From: Octopus bimaculoides | Taxonomy: Eukaryota | Assembly: GCF_001194135.2 (NCBI RefSeq) | Contig: NC_068988.1 | Location: 78,300,017 to 78,364,016, forward strand | Direction: 5' to 3' | Length of the DNA: 64,000 bases | Shown here: piece by piece, positions 1 through 10,987 of the stretch | Numbering within the stretch: the stretch's first letter is position 1 | Layout: the number at the start of each line of letters is the position of its first letter | Notes under the pieces: generated by a model | What the model was told of the DNA's origin: nothing | Seen by the model: the letters and a program-made list of their open reading frames with translations, nothing else | Database searches by the model: none | Position numbers and translations under genes: made by a program

Positions 1-264
1 GTTATCTTCCTGATTAACTCAGCTATAACTGCCTACCATTTGTCTGATTGGGGCCATCAATTGTATGCCTTTCTGCTTGCTTCATTCGAAAACTTCTTTG
101 TTCCTCTTTCATCAATTCATGATGATACTGCTTTGCCAGTAATTAGGGATAATTGCTCCCAGCATTATTTGAAAGACTGAAGCACATTTCCCTTGGGCAC
201 AGGTTCTGTATCTTATCAAATATCTTTGATGTCCCTGTTGCTTTCCTTGGTTTGATATCTTTAA

Positions 265-482
265 CCCTTTTGTATTCATATTATTCTGTCAAATGTAGTG
301 CTCATTTATTTACATTATTTTGAATAAATTATGTATTATTTTGTAGCTTTGAGATTTTGATGATGTGATTTTTTATTCTTAGAAAGACATTGTAGGGTAG
401 GTGTGATGTGTCAGATCCAGCCAGTGTGAACATAAAACAGGTAGAATATTTGGACCAGATATGGTTGTTTTAAATACAAAAG
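265..482. mobile_element. piggyBac-like MITE copy (degenerate)
   Basis: Starts TTAA|CCCTTT and is clearly homologous along its length to 9639-9832; the right end is degenerate. Confidence 0.45.
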
Positions 483-1657
483 TCATGCAACAGCTGGGTC
501 TGCTTTTAGTAACCTGTCTTTTGGCCAGTTTTTCTCATTCAACAACATCTCATATATACTCACACACACATGCACATGCAGTAGTCCAGACTAAAAAGTG
601 GTTGGTGGTCAGAGTGAAGCCAGCCATGGAAATTATGCTACAAATGATTCCAACCCAAAATGGACAAAGTTGACTTAAAACGATGGAATGATGATGATGA
701 TGGTAGTGGTGGGGATGATGTTAAAGCTGGTTGTAGTGGTGAAGATAGTGATGGTGATGATGGTGATTATGATAATGGTACTCCCATTTTTATATTTTAA
801 TTGGGAAAATACAATTCTATTTACCTTATAAATCATGGTTTTATTAATTCATCATGCATGGTACTAATAATTTTATGAATTCTGTTATTACTTTCTATCC
901 AATTCAACAAGTTCTCCTTCTGTCCAGTTATTACTTGACCAATCCTCCACTAGAGAATTCCACAGGAGCCAGTAGAAAGCAAGAAGTCACTTGAAATACT
1001 CTATAAAACTGATTTTAAATATTAAACAGACTTAGCACCTCATGGGGATATGATCTGATTTAAAAATTAAATTAGATATTTTTATTAATTTTTTAAAAAT
1101 ATTTTCTGGGTTTATTGTCTATTTTCTCTTGGATTGATTTTTATTTTATTTTTGCATATATATGCTCAAACTTTGGGTTAATATTAAAAATAAGATTAAT
1201 TAAGATAAACATTAATAATGGCTTTGGCAATCACTCTTTCTTACACTCAATATCGTTTGACTTTTAATGTGTATGTTCAGAATTACTTGCCAACTATATT
1301 TGATTTCTTAAAGTACCTTGACAAACGAATCTTGACATGGAAACTCTGAAACTAGATAAAATCAATAACATTGATGATACATATGTGCACACACACTCAC
1401 ATACACATGTATATGTGTGTGTGTGTGTGTGTGCAGAAAGTAAAAGAGAGAGGACTTCTTAATTGTTTGTTTAAATTGATTCACTATGTTAGATGTAGAA
1501 AATGTGATACCCAATGTTGAGTGGAATTATTCCAGACTATGGTTTTGATGATTAATAAGGCTAAAATGTTTACTCACTCTATGCAGTGTACTGCACTTAA
1601 CGCAATAATTCAGCTGGTGATAAGTGGTTTATATGAGTTTATTTAATCGTCTTCTTT

Positions 1658-1696
<39 letters not shown>

Positions 1697-2274
1697 ATTA
1701 AACTATGTTCTGTTTGTGTTGGTCTTGTTATTAAATGTCCTTCTTGTCAAGTCATCATTTCATCTGAGATTTATACAAAACTATTCAAAGGAGTTAATTA
1801 ACTCCTTTGAAATTGTTTTCAAGTCTTTACATCTTTCTGAAGTTGCTTAAAGGGTCATCTTGGTCGACTGAAACTAGTTTATAGAAATAAATACATTCAA
1901 AGTGGTTAGAATGGCTGGTTGAAACTGGTTTGTAACAATTTTTTTTCTTATACTGAAGATAGTGGTTGAGTGAAAATGGTTTGTAGACGTTTTTTCCTAG
2001 TGTTTAGTGGCTGGTTGAAACTAATTTATGATAGTTTTTTAAGAGTAATGGGCAGATAAAACTAATTTATATCAGTATTTAATTTGCTTTCACACACACC
2101 ATATACATAATGTTTTCCTGTATATATGTGAGTGTGTGTGTATTCATTTGCCTATGACTCTTCATTCAGTTTCTGTATCTTTTTTTCATCTCCCTCCATT
2201 TCTTCCTCTTTCTCTTCTCTCTTTTCACTTCATCCACTAAATTTAACACTGTATTCATATATTTACTTTTATAG

Positions 2275-2397
2275 GTTTTCTTTACATGAGTCCATTTTTA
2301 CACAAATGGCTAACAGCAACACAGTACATTGCACCTCTCATGGCAAACTTTGATACCTCTATTGGTAAAGGTTCAGAAATAAGAATCCTTGACACCG
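2275..2397 (+). CDS. PLXDC2: Plexin domain-containing protein (PLXDC1/2-like), internal exon A (123 bp, phase 1-1)
   Basis: Pyrimidine tract then ATAG|GT TTT CTT TAC ATG ... GAC ACC G|GTAAGC. Encodes (G)FLYMSPFLHKWLTATQYIAPLMANFDTSIGKGSEIRILDT; LTATQYIAPLMANFD is the hallmark PLXDC/TEM7 motif. The symbol is nominal, since an invertebrate gene is probably co-orthologous to PLXDC1 and PLXDC2. Confidence 0.95.
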
Positions 2398-5169
2398 GTA
2401 AGCTTTCTTTTTTATTTTCTAACTTAAATATCAGAATTAAAATGATTTTTTTATTCAAATATCAATAGGAGTAGACCAGAAAGTCAAATTGTTTCTGAAA
2501 TAGATTTCTGTTCTTTGGCATTTGCCAGTTTTCAATATTAACTATAGATATCCTAATTATCTATTTGAAGGAAGCTTCTACAAGCTAATAAGGGAAATAA
2601 TCTATATATTCAGTAATTTTCTTCTGAATTCTTTTGTTACTGATATCTAAGTATATACATTATGTCTATGATGAGGAACGTTTATCTAAACATAGATGTA
2701 TTTTAACATAAGGTATAACTCCCTGGAAAAGTTATATTGTATGTAGACAAAACTCTTTGATTGTTCAGCTACTAACTCTCTATGATGAAAAATAACAGAA
2801 AAGGAAAGAAAAGAAAAGCACATTCCATGAATTTCTTCCAGACTGTAAATATTTTCCATCTAAGAGAAACGTCTTGCTTCATAAATTATTCAATATATCT
2901 CAGGTTATGTCATACTAACAATTTCTAAGAAAAATGAAATAGTACTGTACATTATTACTGCTGGCTAGAAAATTTAAGCACTCCATAATAAATAAACAAA
3001 AATCAAGGAAAAGAAAAAGATATAATGCATCTCTTTTCTTATTCTTTAATTTCAAATTCAAATTTCTAATCCCACCAGACATGAAGAAATGATTATCTCC
3101 CTAGCAGACAGTTATTACAATAACAATGTGTTTACATCTGCCTGTTACATAGTGTGTTGGCTAAAATGTATAGATATGTTCTGTACTACAATAAAATATT
3201 AGGACTACATGTTTGTTCATTATTTTTAAGACAGTCTAATTTGAGAAAGATTTGGCTACCATATTTGGAAACTCATGTGACTTTAAATGTTCTCTTGTAG
3301 ACTTGTGAATTCAATGTTGATTCATTGATAATTAAGTTCAAAATTAATTTATCAATTTCTCAATTAAACCAAAAGCTGGAAATCTAACTCAGGGTCTTTA
3401 AAATAAAGAGAAGGGACTGATGACATGAGGTCAAACCTTAGTCATTCTGTTGTACTCCTGGACAAAGATACAAGAAAACTGTTGTGTTTTTGGATCAAAT
3501 ATCTTTCTCTATTGGTAACAGTCACTTCTTGTATTTCAGTGTTTGGTAGTTGTCAGTTGCAGGGCAGGGATCAAACTGTAGAAACATTTACTCCAACTAT
3601 GTGACTACATTTACTAAAGAATAGAAAAAATGGTTATTACATTCCGTCCCTCCTTCTTTAAATCTGCTGGACAGACAACAACTGCTGCATCAAATAGTTC
3701 TTGTCATTGTTTTATCTCAGATCAGCTCGGATCCAGACATGGCCATCTTTTCTTTTGATTCAGTGTATTTAAGATTATATTTAAGATTATTTAAGATTAT
3801 TTAAGATTATATATCCAAAATGTCCCTTTTCTCTGGAGAGAGAAAGAATTGTCTACTATTTTGAACAATTCAGCTGACCTGTAGAGGATCTCTCATTGGT
3901 TCATACTTCATGTTTGAAAGGTGTCCAGCTACAAAACAATTGTCTTTAATATGTAAAGGACCAAAATTATCAACTAGCCACTAGTATGGAAGAAACAAAT
4001 GGCTAAAGCAACCAACACTGTTTAAATCATTCAAAATATTTGCCTTAGACATATTTAAAGTTTTTTTATAAAAACATCAGCAGCAAATTAACCACTTAGG
4101 ATCTTAAATTAACAACCATAATGAGTTTTTGTGATTAAGTTAATGTGTAGGATTTAGTCAACTGTATCATTATCATTGATTTATTAGCAACAATTTGTAA
4201 ATTTTCACAACTAATTGTATAAATCTTCAAAAGTTAGCCCTGATTTATTAGCAACATTGTTCAAATCTTCACGTGTCACAGCAGTTTTGTATTGTATATT
4301 GAACTTGTCTCTTATTTCATGATTTGGTTCATTCAACTGAAATATTAGATAAATATGTATATTGCCTCTCATCAACATTGTTCTGGTTCTCCTTTCTTTT
4401 CTATGGATACTTTACTAAGAAACACTTCAATGAAATATGAAGATTAAAACAAACAAACTATTCATGCTTCTTAAATATATTTTTAGTTAAAAAAAATTAT
4501 TTAAAATTTAGTTTTTTTGTGTATCAACTTAATATTGAATTTTTTATATTGGTTTCTTTTGCTAAATTTAACAGACATAAAATCTACCTTAAAACTATTG
4601 CCGTTTAAAATTTAGGTCAAACAGTGATTTGGTAAAAGGAAATTAAGATATTCCATTTGAATGTTACTATTGGATTCTGAAAACAAATGGACTGTATTGA
4701 TCTAATGCATTTTATTAACTTCTGTTTTCTTTTTTTATATTTCTCTTCTCTTTATTTCATTAGCAAGAAATGCAATTTTTGTTTTAATCAAGCAGACGTT
4801 CACTGCCATTCCCTTTTGCTTTTTCCTCCAAATCTAATGGGCATTTTAAATTTATTCCTAAGGTTGGCTCTGTATCTGCATCTAGAACCTCTCCAGGGTA
4901 CTTGCTGAGGCAAAGTTTCTGTGGAAGACCAACAGTTGTATGTGCTGCATGTCTTCCTTCTTCAAGCAATCACTGTTGTCAAAGGGAAAGGCAAGGACCA
5001 TCACAACTTAGCCTCAGTGTTGTTGGTGAACTCAGAATGTAAACCAGCCTGAACAACCACCACAATGCATTTTGTCGAAGAATCTAATGATTCTGTAAAT
5101 ACCTTGAATTAAGTATATTATAAATGATATTCTTCAAATAATAAGTAGTCATAATTATTCAAATAATTA

Positions 5170-5460
5170 TTAATTATATTCTTCAGTTGGATGGCTGCCT
5201 TTCACTCTACTACTGCACTTGATCAATACCAGTGTATATGGATTCTCTTTGAAACCATGCTGTTGTATCAGCTTGTTACATCTCCTTTTAAATAATGCAT
5301 GTAAATTATCTCTTGTTGATAAGTTAAGGAATTCCAAGATTTTGCGTTGACCTTGTACAGCTGTTCGTTTGATGCTGTGAAAATCTGAATCGCGAGGTGT
5401 GGTCTCCAAATAATGTTACCGTATACAGAGTAACTTAGAGAATACTGGAGACTGGGTCTT
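5170..5460 (-). pseudogene. Possible Tc1/mariner transposase C-terminal remnant
   Basis: Frameshifted minus-strand translation gives PQSP..(L)SYSVYG..LET..KSWNSL..LIKC..VKGSH, resembling the WPPxSPDLNPLDYxVW...GGHxE tail. Heavily decayed. Confidence 0.4.
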
Positions 5461-6089
5461 TGTGAACAACTTTAAATTTCATTTGTAAATCATTGTGAAT
5501 CACTAAATTTATTCTATGGGGGAATCCAAAGTATGAGCACCTGACAAAGACACTGATTCCTTTGACATGAATGCATGCATGTTGCAAGGTAATATGCTTG
5601 CTCCATTTCTACTTATCATATGCTTAAACTATTTCTTTAACACTTCAGTTGACAAACTTAGAGAACTCAGCTTTACTCTAATAAAATCCATCTCTCCTTG
5701 TCATCCAGCTGCAACAATAAAAAATTCTGTTGATATTACTGTTTTACCATGATATATAATCTCATGATTTACCACCTTTCCACATGATCTTGAGTAAGTG
5801 TCTTCTACTATAGCCCAGGGCCAACCAAAGTGTTGTGGGTAGATTTGGTAGATAGAAACTGAAAGAAGCTCACCATATATATGTATACGTATATGTTTGC
5901 ATGCATGTAATGGTGGTATGTTTTTATGCGTATATGTATGCATGTGTGTGTGTATATATGTATGTATGCATACATATCTATATATATTTATATACATATG
6001 TAGGTGAAATAAATATCAGAGATACTTTGCTCATGCAGAAACTGCAGGAGCTACTCAAAGGTTTTGCAAGCTGTTCTAAATCCTTTGCA

Positions 6090-7830
6090 ATGCTAGAAAC
6101 CTTTCCATATCATCAGATATCTCAACATCACAAGCAGGTTTTGACTCTTAGTTTGTACTTCACCTAAGTGGGTCAGTGAGAACTGAGCTAGACTTCATCT
6201 GTGGAAGGGTTCTACTTGCAATCTCTTATCGACTATAGCCATCTTCAGTTATAGTTTCATCTGCTGTGTCTATTTTCTTGATGACTTTCTTCAGTTGTCT
6301 GGCTTCCAGACCTCTCTTCTTTTCTGAAGGAAATAGTTCATTGGCCTGGACCAGTGGAAAATCACGGCAGCCAACTTCAGTGGTGAATGAGGCCACATGG
6401 CAGCCCTTGATCAGAGCCTTCTTGACTAATTCCTGAGATTTTGATTTACTTACCTGGTGAGAAATATTGAGTCGGTCCTCCCTGGGTGCTGTGAGTTCAA
6501 CCATAATGATTGTTTTTGTATTCTTTGAGAGTAGGAACATGTCTGCTTGGAGTGATGTAACCAATATTTCTTCTGGGAATTCAAGTTTACCCCTTGCATC
6601 AACCAGCCTGAGGCTGACTGCAAAATAGAAAATGGGTCCCCTACTATTGCTTTTTCTTTGGGAGCTTGTCACCTTCATTTAGAAATTTGATACCCTTTGA
6701 TATGATGACTAGTGTTTATGAGCTGTCACCCTTTGCAGATCACTCCATTTGACAATTTCTGCAAGAACCTTGTCATGTCTCCACTTGTATTGGCCTTCTC
6801 CCAGTGCCCTAGGGAATCCAGTCAAAATGTGGTTCAGGGTGAAGAGTTGCTCTGCACTCTGCACTCATATTCTAAGGTTGTTTCAGGTTGTTAAGAGGTC
6901 AGTGACAGTACAAAGAAGGAAGGGCGGACAATCTTCTCAGATCAGTGCTCCAGAGTTCCTTCCAGGACAGTGGATGTTTGAAGTGCCTGGCCCCACTGTA
7001 TCCATTGACCCTGATGGGCAAACCTTACTTTCTTCAGCTGGCAATCTTCCTCAGTTGAATCACAAATCCTTTGCGTTATGAGTTCTCTCCTACCTCTGGT
7101 ATTTTCCACCTCTTGGTGCTATAATTGCCAAGTTGTCGCCATCATTGACACACCACTCCAACAATCTCTTGGTGTTTCCAGTATGTTTCTACTTCCTTCA
7201 CAGTTTCCTGAGTTTTCCATTTTCTGCCACACTTTATGGTCTGGTTTATGTGTTTGACTTTCTCATCCCCAGACAGAAACAATGTGGTGATTGTTTTTTG
7301 CGTTTGTAGCTTTGATTTCCCCCACCACTGATGAAATTGGTAGGTGCAGCCTTGTTGTACAGATTGACTAAGTTGGAATTTGTGGGAACATCCAGCCATC
7401 TTTGCATGAACTTCCTTCACAACCTTTCCATTGTCTCAACCCAAGTTATAGAGAAGTCCTAAAGCATAAATGGCTGCTGCAGTATGGGTGTGATACCATA
7501 TTGGAAGCATCACACTTTGAACCTTCCAAGTAACTGACTTTTATCAACTGCCCTCAGCCAGGTGCCTAGTATGGTTTTGGTGACTCCAGCATTGCTAATA
7601 TCCTTAAGAGTATGATCATAACTTTTTCCAAGGCAACAGATACCTTTTTTCTTGAATTGTTGGTATCCTTGAGCCCTGAATGCTGATGTCGTTTGTTATC
7701 TTTCTTGTAAGGATATACAGGCTCTGAGATTTTGCTTGAGGTATGAAAGGTGAATATATATTCATTTAACAACATGACATCCTTAAGATTACAGCCTTGT
7801 CACAGCCTTTTCATGGAGTATTAATTTCAG
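6090..7830 (-). mobile_element. 5'-truncated HERO-like non-LTR retrotransposon with restriction-like endonuclease (pseudogenised)
   Basis: Minus-strand segments occur in the expected order: WLRAVDKSQLLGRFK..FQYGITP, RWLDVP, GRKWKTQETVKEVE..KHQEIVGVV, QGQWIQW..LSWKELW, TLNHILTG.PRALGEGQYKWRHDKVL, then IIMVELTAPREDRL..TTEVGCRDF (RLE domain). Multiple stops and frameshifts. Confidence 0.8.
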
Positions 7831-8759
7831 TGTGGAAGTTATGCTTATATGTTTGCATTAATGCGTATGCTTGGTATTAAGCAATACAATTGTATATTCA
7901 TAAATTGATGGAAATTAAAAAAGTTAGCTCATGAGATCACCAGAATGTAATGATTACACCAATGGTCAACTCTGTGTGTGTGTATGTGTTCTACTGTCTT
8001 CTTACCTTGACATTGGGCAGCAATTGTAAGCTAGTGTCACTGTCATGCAAGAGATGTTCATTGTTTCCAGTCTTCCACATAATCATGATTGGGCATTGTG
8101 AAATATTACCTTACTTAGAAACAGTTATACAAAATCTGTCCGATCCATGCACACCTGGAAAAGCAGATGTTTCATATATTTTACATCGTTGATAATATTT
8201 TCAACCAAGACGTTACCACTGTATCTGATTGTTCAAGTGCTTCAGTTATGTGTATGTACATGTATTTACTTGATTGCTGGCAGTTATCAATAGTTTCTCT
8301 CATTGTTTTGATGTGCTGTTTTCCTTTCATTAATAAAACTGTTCGCATTTTTGACAACATGGGTATACTAGTTTAGGAGAATCAGTAAAATAACAGACAA
8401 AATACTTTATAGTAAATAAAGGTTCCTAGTTTGAATTACTTTTCAACCACCTTTGATTTTCATTTGAGGACTTTTCAATGTTGAAATGTTGATTATGTTT
8501 ATTTCTGATAGATGTTATCATAAGTTATACACCCACAAAATATTGGTCAATACCATTCTATAATAGAAAACATTTGACCTCAGCAATTTTACTACCTTTA
8601 GAGGATCTAATAAAAAAGATGCCATAACCTTTGTTGTTTCATCTGAAACTAACTCCTGAGTCAATAAAATAGAGTGCAGTGTAACCCTAGGTTCAATATA
8701 ATCAACTCTCCCCTCTGCCAACATCTTTGGCTCTATTCCTACATTAGAAATTGTCATTC

Positions 8760-8860
8760 TAAGAATGGTATCCGGATGGATTCTTGATTGCTGCAGTGAG
8801 TTTGTTAAACTCTAGATCCCTGTCAATGATCATCCCAAGGTACGCTCTTTCAACAGCTTC
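8760..8860 (-). pseudogene. Tiny CR1/L2/Jockey-like RT remnant
   Basis: Minus strand reads EAVERAYLGMIIDRDLEFNKL, resembling the RT 'KYLGVxIDxxLxF' motif; too short to classify. Confidence 0.3.
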
Positions 8861-8911
8861 AAGTATGTTATTTACATTTGACGGATATTTGTCCTCATCT
8901 TGTTTATTGTT

Positions 8912-8956
8912 AACACAACATTTCAGCTGATATACCCTCTAGCCTTCATCGGTGTC
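8912..8956 (-). ncRNA. Degenerate minimal type I hammerhead ribozyme motif
   Basis: GACAC-C[-]GATGA-A-GGCTA..CAGCT-GAAA-TGT-T-GTGTT. Stem I GACAC/GTGTT and GAAA are present, U4 is deleted and stem II is mismatched; probably inactive. Confidence 0.6.
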
Positions 8957-9433
8957 TTGGGGAAATTTCGAAACTGGGTTCTCATTCCTAAGGTATTTTT
9001 GATGTTGTTGTTGTTGTTGTTGTTATTATTATTATTATCATTATTATTATTATTATTATTATAATTCAGGTCACTGCTGAGAATCGAACTCGGAATCTTG
9101 GGGTTAATGGCGCGTGCTCTTAACCACTACATCATATGCCCATGGGCAATTATGGAGTGAATTTTAGGGTTTATAAATTTAATATTTTCCTATCCTTCCT
9201 TAATACCGGTTCCCATATGCTGCTCATATCTGTACTCGGTCTGCTTAGGAGGTTGTTGTGTCCTAGCATATGTGCTGTTTCTTTCAGTTTTCATATTTTC
9301 CAGTGGTGTTCTCTATTATTTTAACTTCATCCCACAGGGGAAGGTGGTCTCCATTTTTCCATACATGATCATAATAATAATAGCATCTAAAAATACCTTA
9401 GGAATGAGAACCCAGGTTTGAAAATTTCCCAAA

Positions 9434-9479
9434 GACACCTGATAAAGGCTGGAGGGTATATCAGCCAAAATGTTGTGTT
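9434..9479 (+). ncRNA. Degenerate minimal type I hammerhead ribozyme motif (host-sense strand)
   Basis: GACAC-CTGATAA-A-GGCTG-GAGGGTATAT-CAGCC-AAAA-TGT-T-GTGTT. Perfect 5-bp stem II and stem I are present, but G8>A (with C3 retained) and G12>A; probably inactive. Confidence 0.62.
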
Positions 9480-9638
9480 AACAACAAAGATGAGGACAAA
9501 TATCCATTAAATTTAAATAATGTACATAATTTCTCATCTCTTAAATGTAGAACTGTATTAGGTTCAAGTATGGTTATCTACTTCAGAATGATAGTTTTGC
9601 ATAAATGAACTAAGTATAAATATATTACTTTTCATTTA

Positions 9639-9832
9639 CCCTTTAGTATTCAGATTTTTCTATCAAATGTAATGCTTATTTTTTCACATTGTAGCTTTGA
9701 GATTTCAATGATGTGATTGTTTCTTTTTTGAATGACATTATAGGGTAGGGGTAAGAGGCTAAATCTGGCCATTTTGAAGATAAAACAGGGAGATTGTTTT
9801 GGCTGGATATGGTGGTTTTAAATGCTAAAGGA
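9639..9832. mobile_element. piggyBac-like MITE (about 194 bp)
   Basis: TTTA|CCCTTTAGTATT ... AATGCTAAAGGA|TTAA: CCC/GG termini with TTAA-like target duplications and no ORF. Confidence 0.55.
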
Positions 9833-10052
9833 TTAAAGGTAGTTACTACCAGTTAGACCAAACTTTCAGCTTCACGTTACTCTATAGATCAAACATCAGA
9901 ATTTGTATTTAACTAGTATTTGAAGAAATCATTTGTTTATCACTGTATGAATATATTTGAGTGGAGTATATTATTAAGAGATAAAGAATATTGAAAATAT
10001 CGTTCTACTTTATTAATTATAGTGGTCATTGTCTGTTTCACTCTGTTAATCT

Positions 10053-10312
10053 TGTAGGGCAAGATTTGTGAGAGACAAACTGTAGACAGGAACTTCACTG
10101 TGGGCTAGCTAGGAAGTTGGTCCGCAGCAAAAGGGACTTCCAGTAGGAGAAGAAAAACAAAAGAATGTCAACAGTGAGTGTTAAACGAATCTGAATGAAT
10201 TAAGCAGAAATAATTGGTGACTTAAGCCCTGATGTACATAAAGTGATAAACCTTTGATAAATGTATTCTCGTCTCCACTAGTTTGTTTGCGTATAGCTTA
10301 ACAAAGCTCTAA
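10053..10312 (+). repeat. Gypsy 5' LTR
   Basis: Aligns without indels to 14151-14398 over 248 bp with 17 substitutions by hand count (about 93% identity). The exact 3' end is uncertain. Confidence 0.92.
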
Positions 10313-10313
10313 C

Positions 10314-10327
10314 TGGTGACCCCAACG
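10314..10327 (+). promoter_or_regulatory. Primer-binding site complementary to the tRNA-Trp 3' end
   Basis: TGGTGACCCCAACG versus the expected TGGTGACCCCGACG (one G>A), directly after the LTR. Confidence 0.8.
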
Positions 10328-10339
10328 ATAGAACAACAG

Positions 10340-10987
10340 CTCCCACTACCGAAACAAGCATAGCTAGCAACAAAACAACACTGAGGCTATTACAGTTCTG
10401 GCCTAAGAAGGTTGAACTGTGGTTTGTGCAGGAAGAAGCCCAATTCGATGTAAGCAAGGTAACGGCCAACCAAACGAAGTACTCGCATGTTGTGGTGGCA
10501 CTAGATGAAGATACGACAACGAAGGTGCTGGACATTTTAACCCAACCCCCACCAACACAAAAATACACCATATTGAAAAATAGTGGATACATTCCGGCAC
10601 AGTGAAAGAGGAGCGGCAGTCAAGAGGAGGGGGATTTAGGCGATTCTAAGCCTTCGGAGCTGATGGACAGGATGTTGGCATTAGTCCCCACCCCCCGGTG
10701 AGTCACCTTTGTTTCTGTTTAGGGAAATATTCCTCCGCAAGCTGCCACCTCAGGTCCAGGCCCTCATAACTCAGACCGAAATCAAGGACCTGTAGCAATT
10801 AGCGAAGACAGCTGACAAACATTGTTTTATCCAGTGGTGTCATGGTCAACGAAGGGTAGGGTTAAGCAAGATGACCTGTGCTTCTACCACGCAAAGTTTG
10901 GGGAAAAGGTGACAAAGTACAAACAATCATGTAGCTTCGGGATCCCTTCACCAGTGACCCAGGGAAACTCCAGGGCCAGCCACCATT
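10340..10987 (+). pseudogene. Gypsy gag remnant
   Basis: LQFWPKKVELWFVQEEAQF..TKYSHVVVAL, DLGDSKPSELMDRMLAL, LFREIFLRKLP and LCFYHAKFGEK..CSF are typical of this gag type; interrupted by frameshifts and stops. Confidence 0.85.

Larger units (their letters stand above)
8864..9556 (-). mobile_element. Penelope-like (PLE) remnant with inverted pseudo-LTR ends, GIY-YIG C-terminus, tRNA-like segment and hammerhead motifs
   Basis: About 8864-9000 and 9386-9556 are inverted copies. The minus strand of 9175-9372 reads DHVWKNGDHLPLWDEVKII..HHWKI.KLKETAHMLGHNNLLSRPS..IWEPVL (Penelope endonuclease C-terminal type). A tRNA-like A box (TGATGTAGTGGTTA) and B box (GTTCGATTC) lie at 9067-9141 on the minus strand, followed by (AAT)n. 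Confidence 0.78.
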
